A stretch of 64,000 bases of DNA from Auanema rhodensis (GCA_964057225.1 OZ059900.1:25358001-25422000); one strand, 5' to 3'; shown: positions 25,634-41,200, counted from the first letter of the stretch. Notes: generated by a model from the sequence alone, not told the origin. Numbers and translations: made by a program.

Positions 25634-28600
25634 TGGAACTAGACGTTGTACGAACAATCTTGAGCTAGGTTTCTTTGACATTGCATGAGTTTGAACACAT
25701 GAAATCGTAAGTCAAAACCTTGTTTACAGCGAAATTTCCAAAAACTGGTTTTCCAGCATAATAAAATATTTCTCATGGGAAATACAGTGTTTTTGTATTT
25801 TTTTAGTGTTCAGCATGTAAAATGCGTCATTTTAGTATGTAAAACGCTGAAATTCGTTGCATTTGACGACTCATATGAACAAAAATCGATTTTATCAATA
25901 TTAGCCATAAGGGGCGTGCCCTCAGAATATGCTGATTTCCTTAATTTTCTAACCCCTGTTTTTTTGTCGTGAAAGTGGAACTAGACGTTGTACAAACAAT
26001 TTTGAGCTAGGTTTCATTGACATTGCATGAGTTTGAACACATGAAATCGTAAGTCAAAACCTTGTTTACAGCGAAATTTCCAAAAACTGGTTTTCCAGCA
26101 TAATAAAATATTTCTCATGGGAAATACAGTGTTTTTGTATTTTTTTAGTGTTCAGCATGTAAAATGCGTCATTTTAGTATGTAAAACGCTGAAATTCGTT
26201 GCATTTGACGACTCATATGAACAAAAATCGATTTTATCAATATTAGCCATAAGGGGCGTGCCCTCAGAATATGCTGATTTCCTTAATTTTCTAACCCCTG
26301 TTTTTTTGTCGTGAAAGTGGAACTAGACGTTGTACAAACAATTTTGAGCTAGGTTTCATTGACATTGCATGATTTGAACACATGAAATCGTAAGTCAAAA
26401 CCTTGTTTACAGCGAAATTTCCAAAAACTGGTTTTCCAGCATAATAAAATATTTCTCATGGGAAATACAGTGTTTTTGTATTTTTTTAGTGTTCAGCATG
26501 TAAAATGCGTCATTTTAGTATGTAAAACGCTGAAATTCGTTGCATTTGACGACTCATATGAACAAAAATCGATTTTATCAATATTAGCCATAAGGGGCGT
26601 GCCCTCAGAATATGCTAATTTCCTTAATTTTCTAACCCCTGTTTTTTTGTCGTGAAAGTGGAACTAGACGTTGTACGAACAATTTTGAGCTAGGTTTCAT
26701 TGACATTGCATGAGTTTGAACACATGAAATCGTAAGTCAAAACCTTGTTTACAGAGAAATTTCCAAAAACTGGTTTTCCAGCATAATAAAATATTTCTCA
26801 TGGGAAATACTGTGTTTTTGTATTTTTCTAGTGTTCAGCATGTAAAATGCTTCATTTTAGTATGTAACACGCTGAAATTCGTTGCATTTGACGACTCATA
26901 TGAACAAAAATCGATTTAATCAATATTAGCCATAAGGGGCGTGCCCTCAGAATATGCTAATTTCCTTAATTTTCTAACCCCTGTTTTTTTTTGTCGTGAA
27001 AGTGGAACTAGACGTTGTACGAACAATTTTGAGCTAGGTTTCATTGACATTGCATGAGTTTGAACACATGAAATCGTAAGTCAAAACCTTGTTTACAGCG
27101 AAGTTTCCAAAAACTGGTTTTCCAGCATAATAAAATAGTTCTCATGGGAAATACTGTGTTTTTGTATTTTTTTAGTGTTCAGCATGTAAAATGCGTCATT
27201 TAAGTATGTAAAACGCTGAAATTCGTTGCATTTGACGACTCATATGAACAAAAATCGATTTTATCAATATTAGCCATAAGGGGCGTGCCCTCAGAATATG
27301 CTAATTTCCTTAATTTTCTAACCCCTGTTTTTTTTGTCGTGAAAGTGGAACTAGACGTTGTACGAACAATTATGAGCTAGGTTTCATTGACATTGCATGA
27401 GTTTGAACACATGAAATCGTAAGTCAAAACCTTGTTTACAGCGAAATTTCCAAAAACTGGTTTTCCAGCATAATAAAATATTTCTCATGGGAAATACTGT
27501 GTTTTTGTATTTTTTTAGTGTTCAGCATGTAAAATGCGTCATTTAAGTATGTAAAACGCTGAAATTCGTTGCATTTGACGACTCATATGAACAAAAATCG
27601 ATTTTATCAATATTAGCCATAAGGGGCGTGCCCTCAGAATATGCTGATTTCCTTAATTTTCTAACCCCTGTTTTTTTGTCGTGAAAGTGGAACTAGACGT
27701 TGTACGAACAATTTTGAGCTAGGTTTCATTGACATTGCATGAGTTTGAACACATGAAATCGTAAGTCAAAACCTTGTTTACAGCGAAATTTCCAAAAACT
27801 GGTTTTCCAGCATAATAAAATATTTCTCAAGGGAAAAACTGTGTTTTTATATTTTTCTAGTGTTCAGCATGTGAAATGCTTAATTTTAGTATGTAACACG
27901 CTGAAATTTGTTGCATTTGACGACTCATATGAACAAAAATCGATTTTATCAATATTAGCCATAAGGGGCGTGCCCTCAGAATATGCTAATTTCCTTAATT
28001 TTCTAACCCCTGTTTTTTTTTGTCGTGAAAGTGGAACTAGACGTTGTACGAACAATTTTGAGCTAGGTTTCATTGACATTGCATGAGTTTGAACACATGA
28101 AATCGTAAGTCAAAACCTTGTTTACAGCGAAATTTCCAAAAACTGGTTTTCCAGCATAATAAAATATTTCTCATGGGAAATACTGTGTTTTTGTATTTTT
28201 CTAGTGTTCAGCATGTAAAATGCTTCATTTTAGTATGTAACACGCTGAAATTCGTTGCATTTGACGACTCATATGAACAAAAATCGATTTAATCAATATT
28301 AGCCATAAGGGGCGTGCCCTCAGAATATGCTAATTTCCTTAATTTTCTAACCCCTGTTTTTTTTTGTCGTGAAAGTGGAACTAGACGTTGTACGAACAAT
28401 TTTGAGCTAGGTTTCATTGACATTGCATGAGTTTGAACACATGAAATCGTAAGTCAAAACCTTGTTTACAGCGAAATTTCCAAAAACTGGTTTTCCAGCA
28501 TAATAAAATAGTTCTCATGGGAAATACTGTGTTTTTGTATTTTTTTAGTGTTCAGCATGTAAAATGCGTCATTTAAGTATGTAAAACGCTGAAATTCGTT

Positions 28601-28717
28601 GCATTTGACGACTCATATGAACAAAAATCGATTTTATCAATATTAGCCATAAGGGGCGTGCCCTCAGAATATGCTAATTTCCTTAATTTTCTAACCCCTG
28701 TTTTTTTGTCGTGAAAG
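25634..28717 (+). repeat. Transition zone: C-like monomers in tandem and monomers with expanded T8/T9 tracts
   Basis: Three consecutive C-like monomers at 25634, 25976 and 26318. T9 or T8 tracts end the monomers starting at 26659, 27003, 27688 and 28032. New variants ATTTAAGT and ATAGTTCT appear here. Confidence 0.75.
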
Positions 28718-31700
28718 TGGAACTAGACGTTGTACGAACAATTTTGAGCTAGGTTTCATTGACATTGCATGAGTTTGAACACATGAAATCGTAAGTCAAA
28801 ACCTTGTTTACAGCGAAATTTCCAAAAACTGGTTTTCCAGCATAATAAAATATTTCTCATGGGAAATACTGTGTTTTTGTATTTTTCTAGTGTTCAGCAT
28901 GTAAAATGCTTCATTTTAGTATGTAACACGCTGAAATTCGTTGCATTTGACGACTCATATGAACAAAAATCGATTTAATCAATATTAGCCATAAGGGGCG
29001 TGCCCTCAGAATATGCTAATTTCCTTAATTTTCTAACCCCTGTTTTTTTGTCGTGAAAGTGGAACTAGACGTTGTACGAACAATTTTGAGCTAGGTTTCA
29101 TTGACATTGCATGAGTTTGAACACATGAAATCGTAAGTCAAAACCTTGTTTACAGCGAAATTTCCAAAAACTGGTTTTCCAGCATAATAAAATATTTCTC
29201 AAGGGAAAAACTGTGTTTTTATATTTTTCTAGTGTTCAGCATGTGAAATGCTTAATTTTAGTATGTAACACGCTGAAATTTGTTGCATTTGACGACTCAT
29301 ATGAACAAAAATCGATTTAATCAATATTAGCCATAAGGGGCGTGCCCTCAGAATATGCTAATTTCCTTAGTTTTCTAACCCCTGTTTTTTTGTCGTGAAA
29401 GTGGAACTAGACGTTGTACGAACAATTTTGAGCTAGGTTTCATTGACATTGCATGAGTTTGAACACATGAAATCGTAAGTCAAAACCTTGTTTACTGCGA
29501 AATTTCCAAAAACTGGTTTTCCAGCATAATACAATATTTCTCATGGGAAATACTGTGTTTTTGTATTTTTCTAGTGTTCAGCATGTGAAATGCTTAATTT
29601 TAGTATGTAACACGCTGAAATTTGTTGCATTTGACGACTCATATGAACAAAAATCGATTTAATCAATATTAGCCATAAGGGGCGTGCCCTCAGAATATGC
29701 TAATTTCCTTAATTTTCTAACCCCTGTTTTTTTGTCGTTAAAGTGGAACTAGACGTTGTACGAACAATTTTGAGCTAGGTTTCATTGACATTGCATGAGT
29801 TTGAACACATGAAATCGTAAGTCAAAACCTTGTTTACAGCGAAATTTCCAAAAACTGGTTTTCCAGCATAATAAAATATTTCTCATGGGAAATACTGTGT
29901 TTTTGTATTTTTCTAGTGTTCAGCATGTAAAATGCTTCATTTTAGTATGTAACACGCTGAAATTCGTTGCATTTGACGACTCATATGAACAAAAATCGAT
30001 TTAATCAATATTAGCCATAAGGGGCGTGCCCTCAGAATATGCTAATTTCCTTAATTTTCTAACCCCTGTTTTTTTGTCGTGAAAGTGGAACTAGACGTTG
30101 TACGAACAATTTTGAGCTAGGTTTCATTGACATTGCATGAGTTTGAACACATGAAATCGTAAGTCAAAACCTTGTTTACAGCGAAATTTCCAAAAACTGG
30201 TTTTCCAGCATAATAAAATATTTCTCAAGGGAAAAACTGTGTTTTTATATTTTTCTAGTGTTCAGCATGTGAAATGCTTAATTTTAGTATGTAACACGCT
30301 GAAATTTGTTGCATTTGACGACTCATATGAACAAAAATCGATTTAATCAATATTAGCCATAAGGGGCGTGCCCTCAGAATATGCTAATTTCCTTAGTTTT
30401 CTAACCCCTGTTTTTTTGTCGTGAAAGTGGAACTAGACGTTGTACGAACAATTTTGAGCTAGGTTTCATTGACATTGCATGAGTTTGAACACATGAAATC
30501 GTAAGTCAAAACCTTGTTTACAGCGAAATTTCCAAAAACTGGTTTTCCAGCATAATAAAATATTTCTCATGGGAAATACTGTGTTTTTGTATTTTTCTAG
30601 TGTTCAGCATGTAAAATGCTTCATTTTAGTATGTAACACGCTGAAATTCGTTGCATTTGACGACTCATATGAACAAAAATCGATTTAATCAATATTAGCC
30701 ATAAGGGGCGTGCCCTCAGAATATGCTAATTTCCTTAATTTTCTAACCCCTGTTTTTTTGTCGTGAAAGTGGAACTAGACGTTTTACGAACAATTTTGAG
30801 CTAGGTTTCATTGACATTGCATGAGTTTGAACACATGAAATCGTAAGTCAAAACCTTGTTTACAGCGAAATTTCCAAAAACTGGTTTTCCAGCATAATAA
30901 AATATTTCTCATGGGAAAAACTGTGTTTTTGTATTTTTCTAGTGTTCAGCATGTAAAATGCTTCATTTTAGTATGTAACACACTGAAATTTGTTGCATTT
31001 GACGACTCATATGAACAAAAATCGATTTAATCAATATTAGCCATAAGGGGCGTGCCCTCAGAATATGCTAATTTCCTTAATTTTCTAACCCCTGTTTTTT
31101 TGTCGTGAAAGTGGAACTAGACGTTGTACGAACAATTTTGAGCTAGGTTTCATTGACATTGCATCAGTTTGAACACATGAAATCGTAAGTCAAAACCTTG
31201 TTTACAGCGAAATTTCCAAAAACTGGTTTTCCAGCATAATAAAATATTTCTCATTTGAAATACTGTGTTTTTGTATTTTTCTAGTGTTCAGCATGTGAAA
31301 TGCTTAATTTTAGTATGTAACACGCTGAAATTTGTTGCATTTGACGACTCATATGAACAAAAATCGATTTAATCAATATTAGCCATAAGGGGCGTGCCCT
31401 CAGAATATGCTAATTTCCTTAATTTTCTAACCCCTGTTTTTTTGTCGTGAAAGTGGAACTAGACGTTGTACGAACAATTTTGAGCTAGGTTTCATTGACA
31501 TTGCATGAGTTTGAACACATGAAATCGTAAGTCAAAACCTTGTTTACAGCGAAATTTCCAAAAACTGGTTTTCCAGCATAATAAAATATTTCTCATGGGA
31601 AATACTGTGTTTTTGTATTTTTTTAGTGTTCAGCATGTAAAATGCGTCATTTAAGTATGTAAAACGCTGAAATTCGTTGCATTTGACGACTCATATGAAC

Positions 31701-34700
31701 AAAAATCGATTTTATCAATATTAGCCATGAGGGGCGTGCCCTCAGAATATGCTAATTTCCTTAATTTTCTAACCCCTGTTTTTTTGTCGTGAAAGTGGAA
31801 CTAGACGTTTTACGAACAATTTTGAGCTAGGTTTCATTGACATTGCATGAGTTTGAACACATGAAATCGTAAGTCAAAACCTTGTTTACAGCGAAATTTC
31901 CAAAAACTGGTTTTCCAGCATAATAAAATATTTCTCATGGGAAAAACTGTGTTTTTGTATTTTTCTAGTGTTCAGCATGTAAAATGCTTCATTTTAGTAT
32001 GTAACACACTGAAATTTGTTGCATTTGACGACTCATATGAACAAAAATCGATTTAATCAATATTAGCCATAAGGGGCGTGCCCTCAGAATATGCTAATTT
32101 CCTTAATTTTCTAACCCCTGTTTTTTTGTCGTGAAAGTGGAACTAGACGTTGTACGAACAATTTTGAGCTAGGTTTCATTGACATTGCATCAGTTTGAAC
32201 ACATGAAATCGTAAGTCAAAACCTTGTTTACAGCGAAATTTCCAAAAACTGGTTTTCCAGCATAATAAAATATTTCTCATTTGAAATACTGTGTTTTTGT
32301 ATTTTTCTAGTGTTCAGCATGTGAAATGCTTAATTTTAGTATGTAACACGCTGAAATTTGTTGCATTTGACGACTCATATGAACAAAAATCGATTTAATC
32401 AATATTAGCCATAAGGGGCGTGCCCTCAGAATATGCTAATTTCCTTAATTTTCTAACCCCTGTTTTTTTGTCGTGAAAGTGGAACTAGACGTTGTACGAA
32501 CAATTTTGAGCTAGGTTTCATTGACATTGCATGAGTTTGAACACATGAAATCGTAAGTCAAAACCTTGTTTACAGCGAAATTTCCAAAAACTGGTTTTCC
32601 AGCATAATAAAATAGTTCTCATGGGAAACACTGTGTTTTTGTATTTTTTTAGTGTTCAGCATGTAAAATGCGTCATTTAAGTATGTAAAACGCTGAAATT
32701 CGTTGCATTTGACGACTCATATGAACAAAAATCGATTTTATCAATATTAGCCATAAGGGGCGTGCCCTCAGAATATGCTAATTTCCTTAATTTTCTAACC
32801 CCTGTTTTTTTTGTCGTGAAAGTGGAACTAGACGTTGTACGAACAATTATGAGCTAGGTTTCATTGACATTGCATGAGTTTGAACACATGAAATCGTAAG
32901 TCAAAACCTTGTTTACAGCGAAATTTCCAAAAACTGGTTTTCCAGCATAATAAAATATTTCTCATGGGAAATACTGTGTTTTTGTATTTTTTTAGTGTTC
33001 AGCATGTAAAATGCGTCATTTAAGTATGTAAAACGCTGAAATTCGTTGCATTTGACGACTCATATGAACAAAAATCGATTTTATCAATATTAGCCATAAG
33101 GGGCGTGCCCTCAGAATATGCTGATTTCCTTAATTTTCTAACCCCTGTTTTTTTGTCGTGAAAGTGGAACTAGACGTTGTACGAACAATTCTGAGCTAGG
33201 TTTCATTGACATTGCATGAGTTTGAACACATGAAATCGTAAGTCAAAACCTTGTTTACTGCGAAATTTCCAAAAACTGGTTTTCCAGCATAATACAATAT
33301 TTCTCATGGGAAATACTGTGTTTTTGTATTTTTCTAGTGTTCAGCATGTGAAATGCTTAATTTTAGTATGTAACACGCTGAAATTTGTTGCATTTGACGA
33401 CTCATATGAACAAAAATCGATTTAATCAATATTAGCCATAAGGGGCGTGCCCTCAGAATATGCTAATTTCCTTAATTTTCTAACCCCTGTTTTTTTGTCG
33501 TGAAAGTGGAACTAGACGTTGTACGAACAATTTTGAGCTAGGTTTCATTGACATTGCATGAGTTTGAACACATGAAATCGTAAGTCAAAACCTTGTTTAC
33601 AGCGAAATTTCCAAAAACTAGTTTTCCAGCATAATAAAATATTTCTCATGGGAAATACTGTGTTTTTGTATTTTTCTAGTGTTCAGCATGTAAAATGCTT
33701 CATTTTAGTATGTAACACGCTGAAATTCGTTGCATTTGACGACTCATATGAACAAAAATCGATTTTATCAATATTAGCCATAAGGGGCGTGCCCTCAGAA
33801 TATGCTGATTTCCTTAATTTTCTAACCCCTGTTTTTTTGTCGTGAAAGTGGAACTAGACGTTGTACGAACAATTCTGAGCTAGGTTTCATTGACATTGCA
33901 TGAGTTTGAACACATGAAATCGTAAGTCAAAACCTTGTTTACTGCGAAATTTCCAAAAACTGGTTTTCCAGCATAATACAATATTTCTCATGGGAAATAC
34001 TGTGTTTTTGTATTTTTCTAGTGTTCAGCATGTGAAATGCTTAATTTTAGTATGTAACACGCTGAAATTCGTTGCATTTGACGACTCATATGAACAAAAA
34101 TCGATTTAATCAATATTAGCCATAAGGGGCGTGCCCTCAGAATATGCTAATTTCCTTAGTTTTCTAACCCCTGTTTTTTTGTCGTGAAAGTGGAACTAGA
34201 CGTTGTACGAACAATTTTGAGCTAGGTTTCATTTACATTGCATGAGTTTGAACACATGAAATCGTAAGTCAAAACCTTGTTTACTGCGAAATTTCCAAAA
34301 ACTGGTTTTCCAGCATAATACAATATTTCTCATGGGAAATACTGTGTTTTTGTATTTTTCTAGTGTTCAGCATGTGAAATGCTTAATTTTAGTATGTAAC
34401 ACGCTGAAATTTGTTGCATTTGACGACTCATATGAACAAAAATCGATTTAATCAATATTAGCCATAAGGGGCGTGCCCTCAGAATATGCTAATTTCCTTA
34501 ATTTTCTAACCCCTGTTTTTTTGTCGTGAAAGTGGAACTAGACGTTGTACGAACAATTTTGAGCTAGGTTTCATTGACATTGCATGAGTTTGAACACATG
34601 AAATCGTAAGTCAAAACCTTGTTTACAGCGAAATTTCCAAAAACTGGTTTTCCAGCATAATAAAATATTTCTCATGGGAAATACTGTGTTTTTGTATTTT

Positions 34701-37700
34701 TCTAGTGTTCAGCATGTAAAATGCTTCATTTTAGTATGTAACACGCTGAAATTCGTTGCATTTGACGACTCATATGAACAAAAATCGATTTAATCAATAT
34801 TAGCCATAAGGGGCGTGCCCTCAGAATATGCTAATTTCCTTAATTTTCTAACCCCTGTTTTTTTGTCGTGAAAGTGGAACTAGACGTTGTACGAACAATT
34901 TTGAGCTAGGTTTCATTGACATTGCATGAGTTTGAACACATGAAATCGTAAGTCAAAACCTTGTTTACAGCGAAATTTCCAAAAACTGGTTTTCCAGCAT
35001 AATAAAATATTTCTCAAGGGAAAAACTGTGTTTTTATATTTTTCTAGTGTTCAGCATGTGAAATGCTTAATTTTAGTATGTAACACGCTGAAATTTGTTG
35101 CATTTGACGACTCATATGAACAAAAATCGATTTAATCAATATTAGCCATAAGGGGCGTGCCCTCAGAATATGCTAATTTCCTTAGTTTTCTAACCCCTGT
35201 TTTTTTGTCGTGAAAGTGGAACTAGACGTTGTACGAACAATTTTGAGCTAGGTTTCATTGACATTGCATGAGTTTGAACACATGAAATCGTAAGTCAAAA
35301 CCTTGTTTACAGCGAAATTTCCAAAAACTGGTTTTCCAGCATAATAAAATATTTCTCATGGGAAATACTGTGTTTTTGTATTTTTCTAGTGTTCAGCATG
35401 TAAAATGCTTCATTTTAGTATGTAACACGCTGAAATTCGTTGCATTTGACGACTCATATGAACAAAAATCGATTTAATCAATATTAGCCATAAGGGGCGT
35501 GCCCTCAGAATATGCTAATTTCCTTAATTTTCTAACCCCTGTTTTTTTGTCGTGAAAGTGGAACTAGACGTTTTACGAACAATTTTGAGCTAGGTTTCAT
35601 TGACATTGCATGAGTTTGAACACATGAAATCGTAAGTCAAAACCTTGTTTACAGCGAAATTTCCAAAAACTGGTTTTCCAGCATAATAAAATATTTCTCA
35701 TGGGAAAAACTGTGTTTTTGTATTTTTCTAGTGTTCAGCATGTAAAATGCTTCATTTTAGTATGTAACACACTGAAATTTGTTGCATTTGACGACTCATA
35801 TGAACAAAAATCGATTTAATCAATATTAGCCATAAGGGGCGTGCCCTCAGAATATGCTAATTTCCTTAATTTTCTAACCCCTGTTTTTTTGTCGTGAAAG
35901 TGGAACTAGACGTTGTACGAACAATTTTGAGCTAGGTTTCATTGACATTGCATCAGTTTGAACACATGAAATCGTAAGTCAAAACCTTGTTTACAGCGAA
36001 ATTTCCAAAAACTGGTTTTCCAGCATAATAAAATATTTCTCATTTGAAATACTGTGTTTTTGTATTTTTCTAGTGTTCAGCATGTAAAATGCTTCATTTT
36101 AGTATGTAACACGCTGAAATTCGTTGCATTTGACGACTCATATGAACAAAAATCGATTTAATCAATATTAGCCATAAGGGGCGTGCCCTCAGAATATGCT
36201 AATTTCCTTAATTTTCTAACCCCTGTTTTTTTGTCGTGAAAGTGGAACTAGACGTTGTACGAACAATTTTGAGCTAGGTTTCATTGACATTGCATGAGTT
36301 TGAACACATGAAATCGTAAGTCAAAACCTTGTTTACAGCGAAATTTCCAAAAACTGGTTTTCCAGCATAATAAAATATTTCTCATGGGAAATACTGTGTT
36401 TTTGTATTTTTCTAGTGTTCAGCATGTGAAATGCTTAATTTTAGTATGTAACACGCTGAAATTTGTTGCATTTGACGACTCATATGAACAAAAATCGATT
36501 TAATCAATATTAGCCATAAGGGGCGTGCCCTCAGAATATGCTAATTTCCTTAATTTTCTAACCCCTGTTTTTTGTCGTGAAAGTGGAACTAGACGTTGTA
36601 CGAACAATTTTGAGCTAGGTTTCATTGACATTGCATGAGTTTGAACACATGAAATCGTAAGTCAAAACCTTGTTTACAGCGAAATTTCCAAAAACTGGTT
36701 TTCCAGCATAATAAAATATTTCTCATGGGAAATACTGTGTTTTTGTATTTTTCTAGTGTTCAGCATGTAAAATGCTTCATTTTAGTATGTAACACGCTGA
36801 AATTCGTTGCATTTGACGACTCATATGAACAAAAATCGATTTAATCAATATTAGCCATAAGGGGCGTGCCCTCAGAATATGCTAATTTCCTTAATTTTCT
36901 AACCCCTGTTTTTTTGTCGTGAAAGTGGAACTAGACGTTGTACGAACAATTTTGAGCTAGGTTTCATTGACATTGCATGAGTTTGAACACATGAAATCGT
37001 AAGTCAAAACCTTGTTTACAGCGAAATTTCCAAAAACTGGTTTTCCAGCATAATAAAATATTTCTCAAGGGAAAAACTGTGTTTTTATATTTTTCTAGTG
37101 TTCAGCATGTGAAATGCTTAATTTTAGTATGTAACACGCTGAAATTTGTTGCATTTGACGACTCATATGAACAAAAATCGATTTAATCAATATTAGCCAT
37201 AAGGGGCGTGCCCTCAGAATATGCTAATTTCCTTAGTTTTCTAACCCCTGTTTTTTTGTCGTGAAAGTGGAACTAGACGTTGTACGAACAATTTTGAGCT
37301 AGGTTTCATTGACATTGCATGAGTTTGAACACATGAAATCGTAAGTCAAAACCTTGTTTACTGCGAAATTTCCAAAAACTGGTTTTCCAGCATAATACAA
37401 TATTTCTCATGGGAAATACTGTGTTTTTGTATTTTTCTAGTGTTCAGCATGTGAAATGCTTAATTTTAGTATGTAACACGCTGAAATTTGTTGCATTTGA
37501 CGACTCATATGAACAAAAATCGATTTAATCAATATTAGCCATAAGGGGCGTGCCCTCAGAATATGCTAATTTCCTTAATTTTCTAACCCCTGTTTTTTTG
37601 TCGTGAAAGTGGAACTAGACGTTGTACGAACAATTTTGAGCTAGGTTTCATTGACATTGCATGAGTTTGAACACATGAAATCGTAAGTCAAAACCTTGTT

Positions 37701-38293
37701 TACAGCGAAATTTCCAAAAACTGGTTTTCCAGCATAATAAAATATTTCTCATGGGAAATACTGTGTTTTTGTATTTTTCTAGTGTTCAGCATGTAAAATG
37801 CTTCATTTTAGTATGTAACACGCTGAAATTCGTTGCATTTGACGACTCATATGAACAAAAATCGATTTAATCAATATTAGCCATAAGGGGCGTGCCCTCA
37901 GAATATGCTAATTTCCTTAATTTTCTAACCCCTGTTTTTTTGTCGTGAAAGTGGAACTAGACGTTGTACGAACAATTTTGAGCTAGGTTTCATTGACATT
38001 GCATGAGTTTGAACACATGAAATCGTAAGTCAAAACCTTGTTTACAGCGAAATTTCCAAAAACTGGTTTTCCAGCATAATAAAATATTTCTCAAGGGAAA
38101 AACTGTGTTTTTATATTTTTCTAGTGTTCAGCATGTGAAATGCTTAATTTTAGTATGTAACACGCTGAAATTTGTTGCATTTGACGACTCATATGAACAA
38201 AAATCGATTTAATCAATATTAGCCATAAGGGGCGTGCCCTCAGAATATGCTAATTTCCTTAGTTTTCTAACCCCTGTTTTTTTGTCGTGAAAG
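28718..38293 (+). repeat. Variant domain II (GCTTAAT, CCTTAGTT, TTACTGCG/ATACAAT, CATTTG, CACACT families) with local 3-mer periodicity
   Basis: These variants are essentially absent from 1-25.6 kb. The F-G pair (TTTTAC/CACACT then CATCAG/CATTTG) sits at 30770 and 31796, 1026 bp apart; CCTTAG monomers sit at 29060/30086 and 36926/37952. Confidence 0.75.
34191..38293 (+). repeat. 12-monomer block, copy 1 (duplicated at 56068-60170)
   Basis: Same order of 12 monomer types in both copies, including rare CATTTACA in the first monomer and a T6 tract in the seventh. Offset 21,877 bp. Confidence 0.88.
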
Positions 38294-41200
38294 TGGAACT
38301 AGACGTTGTACGAACAATTTTGAGCTAGGTTTCATTGACATTGCATGAGTTTGAACACATGAAATCGTAAGTCAAAACCTTGTTTACAGCGAAATTTCCA
38401 AAAACTGGTTTTGCAGCATAATAAAATATTTCTCATGGGAAATACTGTGTTTTTGTACTTTTCTAGTGTTCAGCATGTGAAATGCTTCATTTTAGTATGT
38501 AACACGCTGAAATTCGTTGCATTTGACGACTCATATGAACAAAAATCGATTTAATCAATATTAGCCATAAGGGGCGTGCCCTCAGAATATGCCAATTTCC
38601 TTAATTTTCTAACCCCTGTTTTTTTGTCGTGAAAGTGGAACTAGACGTTGTACGAACAATTTTGAGCTAGGTTTCATTGACATTGCATGAGTTTGAACAC
38701 ATGAAATCGTAAGTCAAAACCTTGTTTACAGCGAAATTTCCAAAAACTGGTTTTCCAGCATAATAAAATATTTCTCATGGGAAATACTGTGTTTTTGTAT
38801 TTTTCTAGTGTTCAGCATGTAAAATGCTTCATTTTAGTATGTAACACGCTGAAATTCGTTGCATTTGACGACTCATATGAACAAAAATCGATTTAATCAA
38901 TATTAGCCATAAGGGGCGTGCCCTCAGAATATGCTAATTTCCTTAATTTTCTAACCCCTGTTTTTTTGTCGTGAAAGTGGAACTAGACGTTGTACGAACA
39001 ATTTTGAGCTAGGTTTCATTGACATTGCATGAGTTTGAACACATGAAATCGTAAGTCAAAACCTTGTTTACAGCGAAATTTCCAAAAACTGGTTTTCCAG
39101 CATAATAAAATATTTCTCATGGGAAATACTGTGTTTTTGTATTTTTCTAGTGTTCAGCATGTAAGATGCTTTATTTTAGTATGTAACACGCTGAAATTCG
39201 TTGCATTTGACGACTCATATGAACAAAAATCGATTTAATCAATATTAGCCATAAGGGGCGTGCCCTCAGAATATGCTAATTTCCTTAATTTTCTAACCCC
39301 TGTTTTTTTGTCGTGAAAGTGGAACTAGACGTTGTACGAACAATTTTGAGCTAGGTTTCATTGACATTGCATCAGTTTGAACACATGAAATCGTAAGTCA
39401 AAACCTTGTTTACAGCGAAATTTCCAAAAACTGGTTTTCCAGCATAATAAAATATTTCTCATGGGAAATACTGTGTTTTTGTATTTTTCTAGTGTTCAGC
39501 ATGTAAAATGCTTCATTTTAGTATGTAACACGCTGAAATTCGTTGCATTTGACGACTCATATGAACAAAAATCGATTTAATCAATATTAGCCATAAGGGG
39601 CGTGCCCTCAGAATATGCTAATTTCCTTAATTTTCTAACCCCTGTTTTTTTGTCGTGAAAGTGGAACTAGACGTTCTACGAACAATTTTGAGCTAGGTTT
39701 CATTGACATTGCATGAGTTTGAACACATGAAATCGTAAGTCAAAACCTTGTTTACAGCGAAATTTCCAAAAACTGGTTTTCCAGCATAATAAAATATTTC
39801 TCATGGGAAAAACTGTGTTTTTGTATTTTTCTAGTGTTCAGCATATAAAATGCTTCATTTTAGTATGTAACACACTGAAATTTGTTGCATTTGACGACTC
39901 ATATGAACAAAAATCGATTTAATCAATATTAGCCATAAGGGGCGTGCCCTCAGAATATGCTAATTTCCTTAATTTTCTAACCCCTGTTTTTTTGTCGTGA
40001 AAGTGGAACTAGACGTTGTACGAACAATTTTGAGCTAGGTTTCATTGACATTGCATGAGTTTGAACACATGAAATCGTAAGTCAAAACCTTGTTTACAGC
40101 GAAATTTCCAAAAACTGGTTTTCCAGCATAATAAAATATTTCTCAAGGGAAAAACTGTGTTTTTATATTTTTCTAGTGTTCAGCATGTGAAATGCTTTAT
40201 TTTAGTATGTAACACGCTGAAATTTGTTGCATTTGACGACTCATATGAACAAAAATCGATTTAATCAATATTAGCCATAAGGGGCGTGCCCTCAGAATAT
40301 GCTAATTTCCTTAATTTTCTAACCCCTGTTTTTTTGTCGTGAAAGTGGAACTAGACGTTGTACGAACAATTTTGAGCTAGGTTTCATTGACATTGCATCA
40401 GTTTGAACACATGAAATCGTAAGTCAAAACCTTGTTTACAGCGAAATTTCCAAAAACTGGTTTTCCAGCATAATAAAATATTTCTCATGGGAAATACTGT
40501 GTTTTTGTATTTTTCTAGTGTTCAGCATGTAAAATGTTTCATTTTAGTATGTAACACGCTGAAATTCGTTGCATTTGACGACTCATATGAACAAAAATCG
40601 ATTTAATCAATATTAGCCATAAGGGGCGTGCCCTCAGAATATGCTAATTTCCTTAATTTTCTAACCCCTGTTTTTTTGTCGTGAAAGTGGAACTAGACGT
40701 TCTACGAACAATTTTGAGCTAGGTTTCATTGACATTGCATGAGTTTGAACACATGAAATCGTAAGTCAAAACCTTGTTTACAGCGAAATTTCCAAAAACT
40801 GGTTTTCCAGCATAATAAAATATTTCTCATGGGAAAAACTGTGTTTTTGTATTTTTCTAGTGTTCAGCATGTAAAATGCTTCATTTTAGTATGTAACACA
40901 CTGAAATTTGTTGCATTTGACGACTCATATGAACAAAAATCGATTTAATCAATATTAGCCATAAGGGGCGTGCCCTCAGAATATGCTAATTTCCTTAATT
41001 TTCTAACCCCTGTTTTTTTGTCGTGAAAGTGGAACTAGACGTTGTACGAACAATTTTGAGCTAGGTTTCATTGACATTGCATGAGTTTGAACACATGAAA
41101 TCGTAAGTCAAAACCTTGTTTACAGCGAAATTTCCAAAAACTGGTTTTCCAGCATAATAAAATATTTCTCAAGGGAAAAACTGTGTTTTTATATTTTTCT

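Noticed and set aside
27841-28086. Unique 81-aa (+) and 71-aa (-) ORFs
   Set aside because: Produced by the T7->T9 slip plus the stop-removing variant in one monomer; a frameshift by-product.
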